A DNA stretch of 63,819 bases, the filler included, from Chrysochromulina tobinii (Eukaryota), in assembly GCA_001275005.1 (NCBI GenBank). It is 5 parts of 5 records of this genome, joined end to end, with 100 filler letters (N's around TTAATTAATTAA, not from the genome) between each part and the next. Parts side by side here need not be neighbours in the genome. Positions count along the whole stretch, not along the records: positions 1 to 15,317 come from JWZX01000024.1; 4 more parts are not named here. One strand, 5' to 3'. Shown one piece after another: positions 1-11,503 of this stretch. The notes below the pieces were generated by a model. It searched no databases. It was not told the origin of the DNA and was given only the letters and a program-made list of their open reading frames with translations. The position numbers and the translations under genes are program-made. Positions within the stretch are counted from its first letter, which is position 1. Each line of letters starts with the position of its first letter.

Positions 1-73
1 CATTAACATTAACATGAAACAACGTTAAGGAAAAAAATTAACGCTTCCTTAACGTTAGAACTCAAATCTAACG

Positions 74-658
74 TTAGGCTACTCTATTCTGCGGTCCTGT
101 CGGCGCTCGCTCAGTACAAGGGGTCCCATGGGCGGCAGTGGCCCACCCCAGCGCAAAAAGTTCTCGAGGCCCTGCATCCCCGGCCGAGTGTAGGTACGTA
201 TGTCGCAGCCCATCAGTCTCTGGTAAAGGGCGAGCTGCCACGGATGCGGTTTGCCACTGACCGGTGGCTCCCGGAGCACCACGTCCAGCCAGTCGGCCAC
301 TTTGGGCGCGGTGAGCTGCGCCCGGTCGAAGCGCACGGCCGGCAGGGCGACTGGAAGTTCGAACATCCTCATCCTGCATCTCGTAATGGCGCGCAAGGTG
401 CGTCATCTTAAAGGGGCCGCTGACCAAGTCGGCGAGGCGGGGATCACCTCTACGCTCACCCTTACTGAAGACGGCACACATGAGTTCGTCGATGTCGATG
501 GGCAGCCGGCGATGGCCACTGCCGGGCTCTGCCACACACACAGGGTGGTCATGAAAAAGCCAGCCAGCCGACAGATCGACCCGAGCGTATAGGCCATGAC
601 CGCCGGTCGGCGATGGTCCGACCTCGACGGCATCGGAAATGCGCAACAGTGATTCCAT
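74..658 (-). pseudogene. possible SET-domain-like gene remnant, apparently frameshifted near 360
   Basis: VEVGPSPTGGHGLYARVDLSAG resembles the SET N-terminal motif. Protein-like sequence appears to switch to the 79..396 frame near 360. No NHS/ELxxDY motif seen. Confidence 0.25.
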
Positions 659-1442
659 CGGCGAAATGGAAGACTTCATAGAACGTGTCCTTGGAGAAAG
701 AACGGGCGTAGTCGTCGGCGCTTGACATGAATCAAGCACCTTGGAGACGACCGCGTGCGTTCCGTGCCGATACAGGATACAAGTTCTGTTACCGCGTTCT
801 ATTCGGTCTAACCCAAGTCCGTGCTGGGGGCGCCTTCACTCAACTTGAGAAGAAGCAGACGTGCGAGGTGCGCGCGTACGGCAATGCGGCAGTGGCGGCG
901 GCGGCAGCGACGGAAGCTACCTGTGCACTCGACATCGTCGTTACGCGACGATGTCGAGCGCATCCATGCGTACCCCGAGGTAACCCCGAGGCGCGAGGGG
1001 GACTGTGCCAATGCCATCACGTCTTCCTCAGAACCGAAAAAACCCCAAACGAGTGATTCTAAGATCAGATGCACCACGCGACCCGTGTGGAAGGAAGTAA
1101 ACGAGGGACTCCCGACCGTGAGCCGCCAGAGGTGGCTCGACTGCATTGCACCCGAGGCTTGCACGTCCGAGGAGATATTGCGCTTAACGATGAGCGACCC
1201 GAGCTAAGGGGGAATATCCGTCGGAACCACACGTACGTACACACAGTCACTCGACCACGCTCACGCTCCACTCGCAAGCCGGAGCAAAACCTACTTCGTA
1301 CTTGCGTATCGTACATGTATGTCGTGCATGCAAACTTGCATGGATCCCTGCATGTATCCGGATGTAAGCCGCTTGAGCAAAACCTACTTGCGTATGTAAT
1401 GCATGCAAACCTGCAAGCTGCATGGACGTCCGGTGCATGAAC

Positions 1443-1530
1443 CTTGTACTGAAGACCGCTCGGCAACGTGATGACGCCCTCCCTGCTCTTGTTCTCCTCG
1501 AGGAACTTTCTAGAGTCTTCCCCCTCTCTC
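1443..1530 (-). pseudogene. FKBP-type PPIase N-terminal (Mip/FkpA-like) exon fragment
   Basis: KFLEENKSREGVITLPSGLQYK matches the FKBP_N motif and is followed by a GT donor (AAG|GTTCAT). No downstream FKBP catalytic exon was recognised. Confidence 0.5.
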
Positions 1531-1789
1531 CCCTCTTTTTCTCTTTTTACTCTTTTTTTATTTTCGTCCCTCCAGCTCCGGAAAAAAGCCCTCCCACCCT
1601 CCAAAGAACGGTTTCCGTGGGTGTCGCCATCGTCGCTCGGCCGCTGCTCGTCTTCGAGAGCGGCGAGATCGCCCCATGCGCCCCTCGTCGGCCGTGAACC
1701 GTGGCCCGGGCACCACGAATCAACCCGGCTTGGGCTTGGACGTCTCCGTTCGATCGCGGCCGAGCTCAGCACCTCCAAAATCTACTGGC

Positions 1790-4645
1790 ATGCTCACCTC
1801 CTTCTCGTCGCCGCTGCTTCCGAGCGCATTTGAGTCCCTTGCCGAGCAGACGGCAAAGCGGCGAAGCGAGCGGAAAGCTGTCAGGGGCTACACCTTTTTG
1901 GGCAGTCGTGGGAGCCTCATCATGAGGGAGCCGCCCGTGCGCATGTCGGTGGTTTGGACGGCAGAGAATCCCCAGCGACGGCCGAGCGTCACGGCAGCGG
2001 TAGACCTCTCTCCGGCGATGTGCGGGCGCGTGGTAGGCGTGCAGCGCCCGTCCGTGGCTGAGGGTCCAGAGATCTCCCGCTCGGCGCCCAGCACGGCGCC
2101 CAACCGGCGAGATGTCGTGTTGCTGTGTGCATGGCTGCAGGAGGCGTTGGGTGCGCTCGAGCCCGCGGACGAGGAGGCCGAGACGGCGCTGTGGGATGAG
2201 GCGATGACGGAGGTGATTCGGCAGGTGGGTGTGCACTGCGAGGAGCGCGGTCGCCTCCTGGAGCTCATCCGACTGCGCTACCTCGCACGCCTCACCAAAC
2301 CACCAGTACATGCACATGCCGCCGCCATGGACGCCGCCGCCAGCGCAGCTGCGAATGCGAAGCTTCGAGCCGCCGTATCGACCACGATGAGTTTTGGGGC
2401 TCCATCCGGCGCACCCGCGCCGGCCACTCTGCCCTCGCCAAGCTTGCTGTCGTCCTCCCCGGGCGCCGACGCGGGCGGCGCACGCCACCGGCCGCCGCCC
2501 AAGCCGCCACCCAAGCCGCCGCCCAAGCCGCCTCCGCGCCAGCCGCTGGCGCCGCCGCCACCGGGCGCGGCCGCTGAGGCCGCAGCCCATGCCTCGTTGG
2601 GAGAGCGCTTGGAGCGCCGCCTGGACGCGCTGTGCCGAGCGACGCTGGCCTCGGTGACGGGGACGCCATCGCTCGGCGCCGCCAACTCCGCCAGAGCGGC
2701 CGCCTCAACCGCCGTGAGCGACGTCGATATGCCCGCTACGGCGCCGCCTCCGCCGCCGCCGCCCGCCATCGACGTAAAGGCGCTCGGCACCATGGGGGCC
2801 GAGCGCGTCAAGCGCGTACTCGAGGAGGCGTCGATGTGCAGCGCGGCCGAGGTGGGTGTGTTGATCGAGGGCTTGCTCGAGCGCTCGTTTGGTCGTTTGG
2901 AGCTCTTGAAGCAAGCGCTCGCGGCTCTCACTGCCATCGAGCGTGCCAAGCTGGCCCCGACGGTGCTGGCCGACGTTGGCGGCGATCCCTCGAAGCTTCC
3001 GCGGGCAGTCACCCATGCGAGCGTCTTGGACGACTTTGGAGCTCTGCGGAGCGACGAGCAGGAATCGGTCCTCGGGTCGCTCCTCGGGACGATCATCCCG
3101 TCGCACCGCCATTCGGAGGCGATCTTGGCATTGCTCGAGGGGTCAGGCAATGAGGACGTGGTGGGGGTGGCGCTTGCTGCGGCGCTGCACCGCGCCGGTC
3201 CGCACGCGCGCCGCCGCTGCTTCACGTCGCTTGTCCACTATGCCGACGTATCCCCGGCGGAGCGCGAGCAGATCGCGAGCGTGCTCACTCAGGTGGCGCC
3301 GTGGCGCGCGGAGAGCGCCACCCAGACTGAGATGAGCCTGGCGGAGGTGGACGAGCAGTATGAGGCTCTCACGCTCGCGCTGACGGAGGCAAAGATGGCG
3401 CCGGTTGGACATTGGGAGGCACGCGCAGTGGACCGAATGGCCGACCGGCGAGGGGCGCTCGCTCGTATGGCGGCGCTCACGGCCAACGAGGAGGGGGGTC
3501 CGGAGATTAATCCGGAGATAGCGCTCGAGTTTCGGGCGGTGCTCTCGTGGCAGTGGAGGCCTGGGGCCGCGGATCTGCTCTCGTTGCCGGAGCTGCTGCG
3601 TCGCCTCGCCGCCCTCTTCGCCGACAAGGCTGAGGAGGATGCTCGGTTGCGTGCGCGTGGAATCGGCGAGCCGGTCTCGCTCATCCGATACCTGTGCGAG
3701 AAGGCCGCGCCGCCGCCGCGACCGGCGACCGGCGCGGGCGCGATCGCGGCTGCCGAGGCGACGGCGCGCGCGCGTGTGGCCGACTTGTCCGCCCTATTGC
3801 ATTCCGCGTGCCATCACGGTGGCGAGGCCCCGCGGCCCAATGAGTCCGCACGCGCGCGTACCTTTGGGAAGGCTGTCGCCCTGAGCGCGCCTGGGAGCGA
3901 AGGAGACGATGAGCACGTGCTCGCGGCCTTGCTCGCCCTGTACGGTGGATCCCATCGCCTACGTATCCTCTTTGGCATCCTGGAACACCCCCGCGTGCTC
4001 TTGACACGCGATGCCGCCGACGCTGCGCGCGTGACGGCACCGCCGGCCGAGGCGGCGGATCAACAAGGAGGTCAGCAGGGAGGCTCGCAATATGTGTGGG
4101 GTGCCATCGAGGAGGCCGTCGCGGCGAGCGGGATGCCTCCCCATATACAGGCGGCGGTTATGGAGACCGCCGAGCGGCAAGGCGATCCCGCGATGCTCCC
4201 CAATGATCTCGTAGGCAAGGCCCTGTGCCTCCGCTTCGATGCCGTCCTCGCGCTGCTCGTGCGTGCGTGGGACGTGGCGCGGCGGCAGCAGGAGAGGATG
4301 CTCGAGAGCCGGTTCGATGAAGTCGACCCGATCGGTAACGGCACGCTCACGTTGCCCGACCTGTGGAAATGCCTCCATCGGCTCCTGCGCGCCATGGTGG
4401 GCGCGGGCGGCGAGATGCGCCAGCGCGCGCAGCCGTGGCTCGAGAGGGGCGCCGCCGAGCGATTGTATGATCAGATGCTCGTAGAGAGCCAGCTGCTCTC
4501 GCCCACTCTGCGTGAGGGAGAGCTCTCGCGCGACGCGTTCGTGCGCGTCCTCCTCCGCCACGGCATCGTCGACGTCGGCTACGAGGCGTGGCTCAAGGTG
4601 CACCCAGGGGATCTCCATCCCCTTCCCGCCGACATCTTTCAATGA
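1790..4645 (+). CDS. axonemal dynein light chain (p28)-like domain protein with C-terminal EF-hand
   Basis: Long ORF. LWDEAMTEVIRQVGVHCEERGRLLELIR resembles Ax_dynein_light and FDEVDPIGNGTLTLPDL is an EF-hand loop. Start codon uncertain. Confidence 0.65.
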   Translation: MLTSFSSPLLPSAFESLAEQTAKRRSERKAVRGYTFLGSRGSLIMREPPVRMSVVWTAENPQRRPSVTAAVDLSPAMCGRVVGVQRPSVAEGPEISRSAPSTAPNRRDVVLLCAWLQEALGALEPADEEAETALWDEAMTEVIRQVGVHCEERGRLLELIRLRYLARLTKPPVHAHAAAMDAAASAAANAKLRAAVSTTMSFGAPSGAPAPATLPSPSLLSSSPGADAGGARHRPPPKPPPKPPPKPPPRQPLAPPPPGAAAEAAAHASLGERLERRLDALCRATLASVTGTPSLGAANSARAAASTAVSDVDMPATAPPPPPPPAIDVKALGTMGAERVKRVLEEASMCSAAEVGVLIEGLLERSFGRLELLKQALAALTAIERAKLAPTVLADVGGDPSKLPRAVTHASVLDDFGALRSDEQESVLGSLLGTIIPSHRHSEAILALLEGSGNEDVVGVALAAALHRAGPHARRRCFTSLVHYADVSPAEREQIASVLTQVAPWRAESATQTEMSLAEVDEQYEALTLALTEAKMAPVGHWEARAVDRMADRRGALARMAALTANEEGGPEINPEIALEFRAVLSWQWRPGAADLLSLPELLRRLAALFADKAEEDARLRARGIGEPVSLIRYLCEKAAPPPRPATGAGAIAAAEATARARVADLSALLHSACHHGGEAPRPNESARARTFGKAVALSAPGSEGDDEHVLAALLALYGGSHRLRILFGILEHPRVLLTRDAADAARVTAPPAEAADQQGGQQGGSQYVWGAIEEAVAASGMPPHIQAAVMETAERQGDPAMLPNDLVGKALCLRFDAVLALLVRAWDVARRQQERMLESRFDEVDPIGNGTLTLPDLWKCLHRLLRAMVGAGGEMRQRAQPWLERGAAERLYDQMLVESQLLSPTLREGELSRDAFVRVLLRHGIVDVGYEAWLKVHPGDLHPLPADIFQ

Positions 4646-5333
4646 AAGGAGGCATTGAGGAGTCAGGGCGGCCCAACTGGTGAGCTTGCTCTCGCGAACC
4701 AGAAAAGCGGCCAAAAAGGATCTCAGAGCATCTGACTGCACGTCAGCGGTTCAAAAAAATGTACACAGATGCATTCCCGCGACCTCGTGTCGACACTGTA
4801 GGGTCAATGCGATGCTCTTAGAAGACTTCGGTTCGGTTCTCATGTCACTGGTATCAGACGATCTCAAAGACATATTGCTCATCGTCGACGCCACCCCGCA
4901 CAAGCGGCACAGACGCGCGCCGCCGACGACACGTTCACCGGGTGGCGCGCGTTAGCCGTTAACCATGCCGTTAACCGAACACATAAATGATACAACATAG
5001 CGAACCTGCCGAACCTGTGCAGGACCGTATGGGCTATGGGGCTATGGGCATGGGGCGAAGAACCCCTGATCTCAATTGCCTGAGTGATCTCCAAAACCAC
5101 TTGAAGGGATTTAAGACGAAACTCGAGCCTGTGAAAGGTGTCCTCTCACCACTGCTGCTCTCTCATTGAGTTCTAGCTCAAACTTTTTTCCAATTGAACA
5201 TTTCAGATTAGATCGAACGACGTAGGAACGACGGGAAATCACAAACTCAAGTCTTCAAACCCAGCCCAACATCCTAATTTCGCCTAATCGTGTCCACAGC
5301 CCATTCACACGAATCTTCGGCAACACACGGGCC

Positions 5334-6632
5334 ATGGGCGAATCGGCACTAGGACTGCTTTGGATGGCGCCGGCGCTGTCGGGCGGAGGCTATGCGTCGG
5401 AGGCGATCGCGTTTGCCCAGGGCCTCGAGAACGTGCTTGGAAATCGTTTTGCGCTCAGGCAGTTTGCCGAACCAGCTTCTCTCTCCGACGAGGACTTGGC
5501 CACACACCCACACATGAAGCTGCTACGGCGCGTGATGAGGCTCGCCGACGCGAGGGGCGCCGGCTCGGGCATCGTCGTGTGCCACTCGACGCCGGACGCG
5601 TGGGTGCCGAGCAAATTCCCAGGTTGGGACGCAGTGGCGCCCTGCCCGCCGCCGCGGGCGCGCTTCGCCATCGGGCGCACCATGTTTGAGACAGACGGTC
5701 TGCCCAAAGGGTGGGCAGAGCGCTGCAACACTATGGACGAAATTTGGGTGCCGACTTCTGAGGCGGCCGAGAACTTTGCACGCGCGGGCGTCGACGCCGG
5801 AAAAATAGTCGTCATCGGAGAGCCAGTAGACAGTGCCTTTTTCGACCCGACTAAGTATGCGCCGCTCGAGCTGCCTCCACTATTGGGCCAGGCGGCGGCC
5901 GCGGCCGCGCCGTACCGCTTCCTCGCCGTCTTCAAGTGGGAGGCGCGCAAGGGGTGGGATGTGTTGCTGCGCGCGTACTGGGCCGAGTTTGAGGCGAACG
6001 AGCGGGTGGAGCTGGTGCTCAAGACGACGCCATTCCACTCGAGTGGGGACTTTGAGGGGCTGATTGCGGACTTCGTTCGCGTGAGTGGGCTGCCGGCGCG
6101 GCGCGCCCCCGTGCGCATCCTTGGGCACGACGTCGCGGCCGCCGCCCTGCCGTCGCTCTACCGTACGGCCGATTGCTTTGTGCTGCCGTCGCGGGGTGAG
6201 GGGTGGGGGCGACCACATGTCGAAGCGATGGCGATGGCGCTGCCCGTGATCGCAACGAACGCGACGGGGCCGACTGCCTTCCTCGATGAGACGGTGGGCT
6301 ATCCGCTCGACGCGACGCGCGTGCCGGTGCCGGACGAGATGCAGCTACCCGGTCACACGTGGGCCGAGCCGAGTGTGAAACACCTTCGCGCGCTCATGCG
6401 CCACGTGTACACTGAGCCCGAGGAGGCGAGAGCACGGGGGGCGCGCGCGAGGGAACGCATGGCCAAAGCCTTCTCGCCCGCGGCCCTCGCCGCCGAGGTC
6501 GAGGGGCACCTCACGCGCATCGCGCGCACTCTGTCCGAGAGAGAGCAGGGCGACGGGCGCGCCGACAAGGGCATTGGCAAGGCCGAGGCGAAGGCGAAGG
6601 TCAAGCGGCACGGGCAGCGCGATGAGCTTTAG
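5334..6632 (+). CDS. glycosyltransferase, GT4/group 1 family
   Basis: GRTMFETD, FKWEARKGWDVLLRAY and ADCFVLPSRGEGWGRPHVEAMAMALPVIAT (EX7E motif). Confidence 0.93.
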   Translation: MGESALGLLWMAPALSGGGYASEAIAFAQGLENVLGNRFALRQFAEPASLSDEDLATHPHMKLLRRVMRLADARGAGSGIVVCHSTPDAWVPSKFPGWDAVAPCPPPRARFAIGRTMFETDGLPKGWAERCNTMDEIWVPTSEAAENFARAGVDAGKIVVIGEPVDSAFFDPTKYAPLELPPLLGQAAAAAAPYRFLAVFKWEARKGWDVLLRAYWAEFEANERVELVLKTTPFHSSGDFEGLIADFVRVSGLPARRAPVRILGHDVAAAALPSLYRTADCFVLPSRGEGWGRPHVEAMAMALPVIATNATGPTAFLDETVGYPLDATRVPVPDEMQLPGHTWAEPSVKHLRALMRHVYTEPEEARARGARARERMAKAFSPAALAAEVEGHLTRIARTLSEREQGDGRADKGIGKAEAKAKVKRHGQRDEL

Positions 6633-6934
6633 GTTTAGCGCGGCCGCTACACCTAGCACTCAGTAGCAGGCTGGCAAGTAACTGGTGCAGTAATAGGTAC
6701 TGAGTTTCTACCGCCGGGCGGCGTCCTGTGAGTGAGTAACTTTTAATTTGGACATGAGTTTTGAACCATTTTCAGACGTTGCGTTGAGACGCCCCAGGCC
6801 CAGCTGCTAGCTGGGACTCGTGGGGGAGTGTAACGGCACCGGTCACACATAGATCGAACATCGAAGCCGCGGCGGCGCATGTAGGGACGGAGGTGCGTAG
6901 TAACCACGTAGGGGGTCGGAGATTCGCTTCGCGC

Positions 6935-8413
6935 TCAGTGGGCGAAGCCACTAGCCACCTTGTTGGGCGGCGCGAAGGCTTTGGTGAAGCTCTGGTTGCG
7001 ATTCGCGTCCCGTCGCGGCGCGAGGTCGGGCGGCAGCTGGCTGTTCTGCTTCGTGTACTCGGCCATGGCCGTCGAAAGCCACAGCTTCGGATGGCGCATG
7101 CCGCCCGACGGCGCGGCGGCGGTCGGCGCGTCGTACTGGGTGGGTGGCCCGCCTGACGGGCCGCCACGTAGGATGGGATCGCGCGCCGACGGCACACCGC
7201 CGTCGCGTGTCACCCATCGGCGCTGCACTGGATCGTACACGAGCGGTCCACCCGACACGGCGGCCGGCGGCGCGGCGTTGGCGCTCGGAATCTGGGTGGG
7301 CAGCTGGTATTGCGAGACCGGCGAGAGGCGCGGCGGAGCGGCGGCGCGCGAGTAGTCGACCAGCTCTGTCGGTGCCTTCGGAGCGTGGCGCGGCGGCGGC
7401 GGTGGAGCGTAGTACTGCTGCTGCGCCGGCGGTGGAGCGTAGAAGTGCTGCTGCGCCGGCGGCGGCGGCGCGTACTGCTGCTGCTGTGGCGGCGGCGGCG
7501 AGTAGTACTGCTTCGGCGGCGGCGGCGGCGGCGGAGCGTACTGCTGCTGAGGCGGCGAGTAGTACTGCTGATGCTGTTGCTGGTACTGGTACGGCGGCTG
7601 CGAGGGGTCGATGAGAGGACGGAAGAGCTCATGCGCGGCGGCGGCCGAGCGTGGTGCCGGGAAAGCGTCCATCGCCCAGCCGCCCGCTGGCGGCGCACCG
7701 GGCGCCGAAGGCACGAACCGCTCGTGCTCGGCCTCCTCCTCCCACCTCAACTCGGCTCCGACGTGCGACGATCGGCCGATGACGTGGCGGCGCCCCTCAT
7801 GCGGCGGCGCGAGGTCGATGTCGTGCGCCGGACCGGCGCGCTGCGCGCCGAAGACGAGCGCGTCCACATGCTGCCGCTGCGCGCGCGCGTCCGGTATCTG
7901 CGCGCGCCCCGTGTGCTTTTGTTCGTCGGCGTACGGGACCGAGTCCGCCGGGCCGCCAAAGAGCGCGTTGCTGATCTGGGTGGGGCGCGGGCCGTAGGCC
8001 GGCTTCGCCTGCAGATTGCCGTGCTCATTGTAAAAGAAGCCCTCGGGCGGCCTGCGCGCCGCGTTCGCTGGCAGCTGGTCGGTGATCTCAATGCTCGAGC
8101 GTGCTGCCCTTGCTCTGGGCGGCAGCGGCAGCGGCTTCGGCGCGGGCGGCTCGTCGGTCAGCTGAAGGGAGCTCAGCTGCGAGCGGCCCGCGTGCGGGTT
8201 GCGCAGCCGCGCCGCCTGCTGCGCCATCAGGATGTCGGCGCGTGTTATCTGGTCGGGCCCGCCGAGTGCGATCTGCGAGTACGTGTGCCTGTCGTTGACG
8301 TGCGTGGGCGCGGCATACACGTCGCCCTCGAGGGCAAAGGGCGCCTCCCGCTGGTGCGCTTGCAGCGCGCCGCGGTTCTCCGGAAGCAGCTCGCCTTGGT
8401 CCCAGCGAGGCAT
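6935..8413 (-). CDS. hypothetical Pro/Gln/Tyr-rich protein
   Basis: Long ORF with QQYYAPPPP repeats. Likely ATG at 8413 (MPRWDQG), divergent from the ankyrin gene. Confidence 0.7.
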   Translation of the reverse strand: MPRWDQGELLPENRGALQAHQREAPFALEGDVYAAPTHVNDRHTYSQIALGGPDQITRADILMAQQAARLRNPHAGRSQLSSLQLTDEPPAPKPLPLPPRARAARSSIEITDQLPANAARRPPEGFFYNEHGNLQAKPAYGPRPTQISNALFGGPADSVPYADEQKHTGRAQIPDARAQRQHVDALVFGAQRAGPAHDIDLAPPHEGRRHVIGRSSHVGAELRWEEEAEHERFVPSAPGAPPAGGWAMDAFPAPRSAAAAHELFRPLIDPSQPPYQYQQQHQQYYSPPQQQYAPPPPPPPKQYYSPPPPQQQQYAPPPPAQQHFYAPPPAQQQYYAPPPPPRHAPKAPTELVDYSRAAAPPRLSPVSQYQLPTQIPSANAAPPAAVSGGPLVYDPVQRRWVTRDGGVPSARDPILRGGPSGGPPTQYDAPTAAAPSGGMRHPKLWLSTAMAEYTKQNSQLPPDLAPRRDANRNQSFTKAFAPPNKVASGFAH

Positions 8414-8651
8414 GCCTTCGGCAGTTCCTTCTGCAACAAGGACGTTGGCGGCCGGACAAGATGATGCGAACGCGTAGAGCGCCCGTCGCAACGCGCTGTC
8501 AAACCGCACCCGAACAATTGTAACCCCTCAAGGCACACAATTCAATTGTGAGTGTACGAGTGTGGACCGAACACTCCCTGCTGCCCCCTGTGCCGAACAC
8601 GAAGAAGGTGTGCCGCATCTGAAACAGACTGTTCCGCTTGGAGCGCTCGAC

Positions 8652-9887
8652 ATGCCACCTAAGAAGGAGGAGCCGCCCCCGCCGCCTGTGGAGGCGCCAG
8701 GATGGGAGCCGCCCCCACTCAACCCGCAGGACGTGCTGCAGTCCAACGGGGAGCACCCGCTCGTGAGCGCGGCTGCGGCGGGGAACGTCCCGGTGCTCAC
8801 GAAGCTGCTGCAGCAGGGCGTCTCGCCCGATGTCCAAAACGTCTCGGGCCTCTCGGCCCTCGCCGCCGCCGCGCTCAACGGGAACGTCGGGTGCATACAG
8901 CAGCTGCTCGCGGCTGGCGCGACCGTCGACCTCGCCGGAGGCCACTCGGGCTCGACCCCGCTGCTGCTCGCCACGCGCGGCGGGCACCGAGGCTGCTGTG
9001 AGGTGCTGCTCCAGGCGGGCGCCGACGCGGCGCGCACGGACGCGTACGGCGAGTCGCCAAAGATGGCAGCGCACCGGTACGAGGTGGACGCGAAGCACCA
9101 ATCTTCCGAGTTGGAGCGCTGGGCCGGCCTCGTGCACACACGCGCCGTACTCATCGCCGGCGAGCCGCCGCCGCCCGTGCCTCCGTTCCCAGAGTGGGAA
9201 TCGGACTTCGAGCGCTACTACCGCTCGACGGATCCGGCGAAGGCGCTGTGGCGGGCAGGCGCCTGGATGCACCAGAAGCGCCCCGCCTGCGGCCCCGTCA
9301 TCGAGCAGGCGCGGCCGCGCGCCTTCTCGTCCACAGGGTACAAGGTGCCTCCAGTGCGCATCGGCGAGGAGCGCTTCACGATCGGGCCGCCTACGTACCA
9401 TCAGACCCCTGGGCACACGGTGCTCTCGGGCGAGCGGCTGGCGTCGCAGGCGGCGCTCTACGAGCTGCGCGGCGCTGCTGGCGAGCTCGCTGCGAATCGC
9501 CTCTCCTTGGAGCGAACTACCCTCAACCCCCAGGTCTTCGGCGATGACGTGGCGTCGACCCAGAAGGCGATGCGACACGCGACTTTGGATGCGGCGGGCC
9601 AGGTACGCGCTGTGATGGCGCAGGAGGCCCACCTCGGTCGCAAGTTCCCGTCCGCCCCCACGCGCTTGGGCCCAGCCGCTCTCTACTCGTCGGGGCTGCA
9701 GCGCACGATGATGAGCTTGCCCACAGCCGCCACCACGATGTACCCGAATGTCGAGACGGCCGAGCATCACTTTGCCCAATTCCCCTTCCCGTACGGCGAA
9801 TGGAATCAGAAGCCACACAAGGACTCGCTCACGGCCCTCCTCGAGAACTTCCAGATGGTGCCGCCCGCCGAGCCCGCCGCCGCCTGA
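8652..9887 (+). CDS. ankyrin repeat protein
   Basis: GEHPLVSAAAAGN, GLSALAAAALNGN and GSTPLLLATRGGH ankyrin repeats. ATG at 8652 (MPPKKEE). Confidence 0.85.
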   Translation: MPPKKEEPPPPPVEAPGWEPPPLNPQDVLQSNGEHPLVSAAAAGNVPVLTKLLQQGVSPDVQNVSGLSALAAAALNGNVGCIQQLLAAGATVDLAGGHSGSTPLLLATRGGHRGCCEVLLQAGADAARTDAYGESPKMAAHRYEVDAKHQSSELERWAGLVHTRAVLIAGEPPPPVPPFPEWESDFERYYRSTDPAKALWRAGAWMHQKRPACGPVIEQARPRAFSSTGYKVPPVRIGEERFTIGPPTYHQTPGHTVLSGERLASQAALYELRGAAGELAANRLSLERTTLNPQVFGDDVASTQKAMRHATLDAAGQVRAVMAQEAHLGRKFPSAPTRLGPAALYSSGLQRTMMSLPTAATTMYPNVETAEHHFAQFPFPYGEWNQKPHKDSLTALLENFQMVPPAEPAAA

Positions 9888-10285
9888 GCTTCAAGCTATA
9901 GCTTCGCCTCGCCTAAGCGCCGCCTCGCTTCGCGCTTGTGGGGGCACGCGAGCCTCGTCTGCCGCGCCACCGGGTGTGCTCAGATCTTCGACTCGCATGT
10001 GCGCGGCATGGGAGATGAGACCCACACATAATGTCTGAGGTGATCTCGCTGTGTGTGGTCTCGCGAAGACATGAGCCGTAATAAGCCGTAAGAAGCCGGC
10101 CGGCGTGTGGATCTACGTCATGCACATGCGGCGGAGAAACGTCCGTCGATGCGCCGCGCGTCTGTGTGTGTGCTCGTCGCATCGCATGTCACGTTGACCG
10201 AGTCGCCCGCGCGCGAAAATAATCCAATTACGTCAACGCGCAAATCACCGATCACGCTTCACGGCAGACAGACCCGCGCAGAGAT

Positions 10286-10951
10286 TCATGCCTCGCGCGA
10301 GAGTGCAAAGGTCCACTGCTCTTCCTCCGTCTTCACCACAAGCCAGCCACCCGCGGGGGGAGCGCCCGGCGGCGCGCAGCACTGCACCCGCACGTACGCC
10401 GCGTCCGAGTACGGCTTGCTCGCGTCGCACACGTTGCTCGCCCCGCCTCGAGGAGCGAGGGTGCCCGAGGAGGCGCCCACGAGTGCATAGGGTGACTCGG
10501 CCGCGACGGCGGCGACTTCGCCCTCGGCAGTGAGGACGGCGGCGACCCACGGCTCCCAGGTCCGGTAGGTGTTCTCCACGCGCGCCTCGCGCACATCCCC
10601 TGCGCACGCAAAGGCCAGCACGCCCGCCAAAGCGTCCGGCTGCGCGCGCAGCTCGCTCGCCCACCTGGGCCACTCGGCGGCCTCAAGCTCGCCGCCGGGA
10701 GCCGCCGCGGCTTCGCTGACACTCGCGGCGAGCGAAGCCGCAAAGATCGAGCCCGCGTAGTACTGCGCCCCGCCCGCACCGAACTGGTACTTGCCGCCAT
10801 GCAAGCCGCCGACCACACTAGACAGGTCTCGCGTCACCTCCGCATCGGACATGCGGAGCCGACACCTGCGTCGACTGCTGCGTGGCCATGAAGAGCATTG
10901 AGGAGGTAAGAGGCCCGCGATGCCAAGGGTGAAGAGCAGCAGTTGCACCAT
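10286..10951 (-). CDS. hypothetical protein, probably plastid-targeted
   Basis: Hydrophobic signal peptide MVQLLLFTLGIAG followed by an Arg/Ser-rich transit-like stretch ending RLRM. Confidence 0.65.
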   Translation of the reverse strand: MVQLLLFTLGIAGLLPPQCSSWPRSSRRRCRLRMSDAEVTRDLSSVVGGLHGGKYQFGAGGAQYYAGSIFAASLAASVSEAAAAPGGELEAAEWPRWASELRAQPDALAGVLAFACAGDVREARVENTYRTWEPWVAAVLTAEGEVAAVAAESPYALVGASSGTLAPRGGASNVCDASKPYSDAAYVRVQCCAPPGAPPAGGWLVVKTEEEQWTFALSREA

Positions 10952-11503
10952 ACCTGCACACGGAAGTGTCACCGACATCAATTCTGCTGAAGCGATGGAG
11001 GAGCAACGCAGCGGCAGACTCAAATGCGGCAGAGATGTGGCGTCTACGTTGCGCAGGACGTGCTAGTGGCAACGCTCGCCGGCGGTTATGTGTCAACGCG
11101 GCAAAAGCTGGCGACCGGGCGGGCACGTGTGCGTCGCACACCTTCATCGAGACTCGACGCTCGAGCCATCTCGAGCCCCAAACACGTGGCGTTTCGGTGC
11201 CGTCAAAAGACGCCGGGGCGCCACAGGGTCCACACAGTTACATGTACCACCACTCGGAAGAGGAAGTTCATCCCGCAAGACACTTACCATGGCTGTGAGA
11301 GGCTAGAGCGGCGCTTCTGCTTCCGCGGGCTGTGGGAAGTCCGCGAGATGTTTCGTCGACCGCTTTCTAGCGTACTCCCTTTCGGCCCCGACCGCCGACT
11401 CGGTCGGGATTCTCAGGCACGAGCCGGCGGAAAACGGGCAGCAACACCCGAGACGGGTGCAGCCCGGGGCCTCGAGAGCCGAGCGAACGCATATTCATCT
11501 ATT

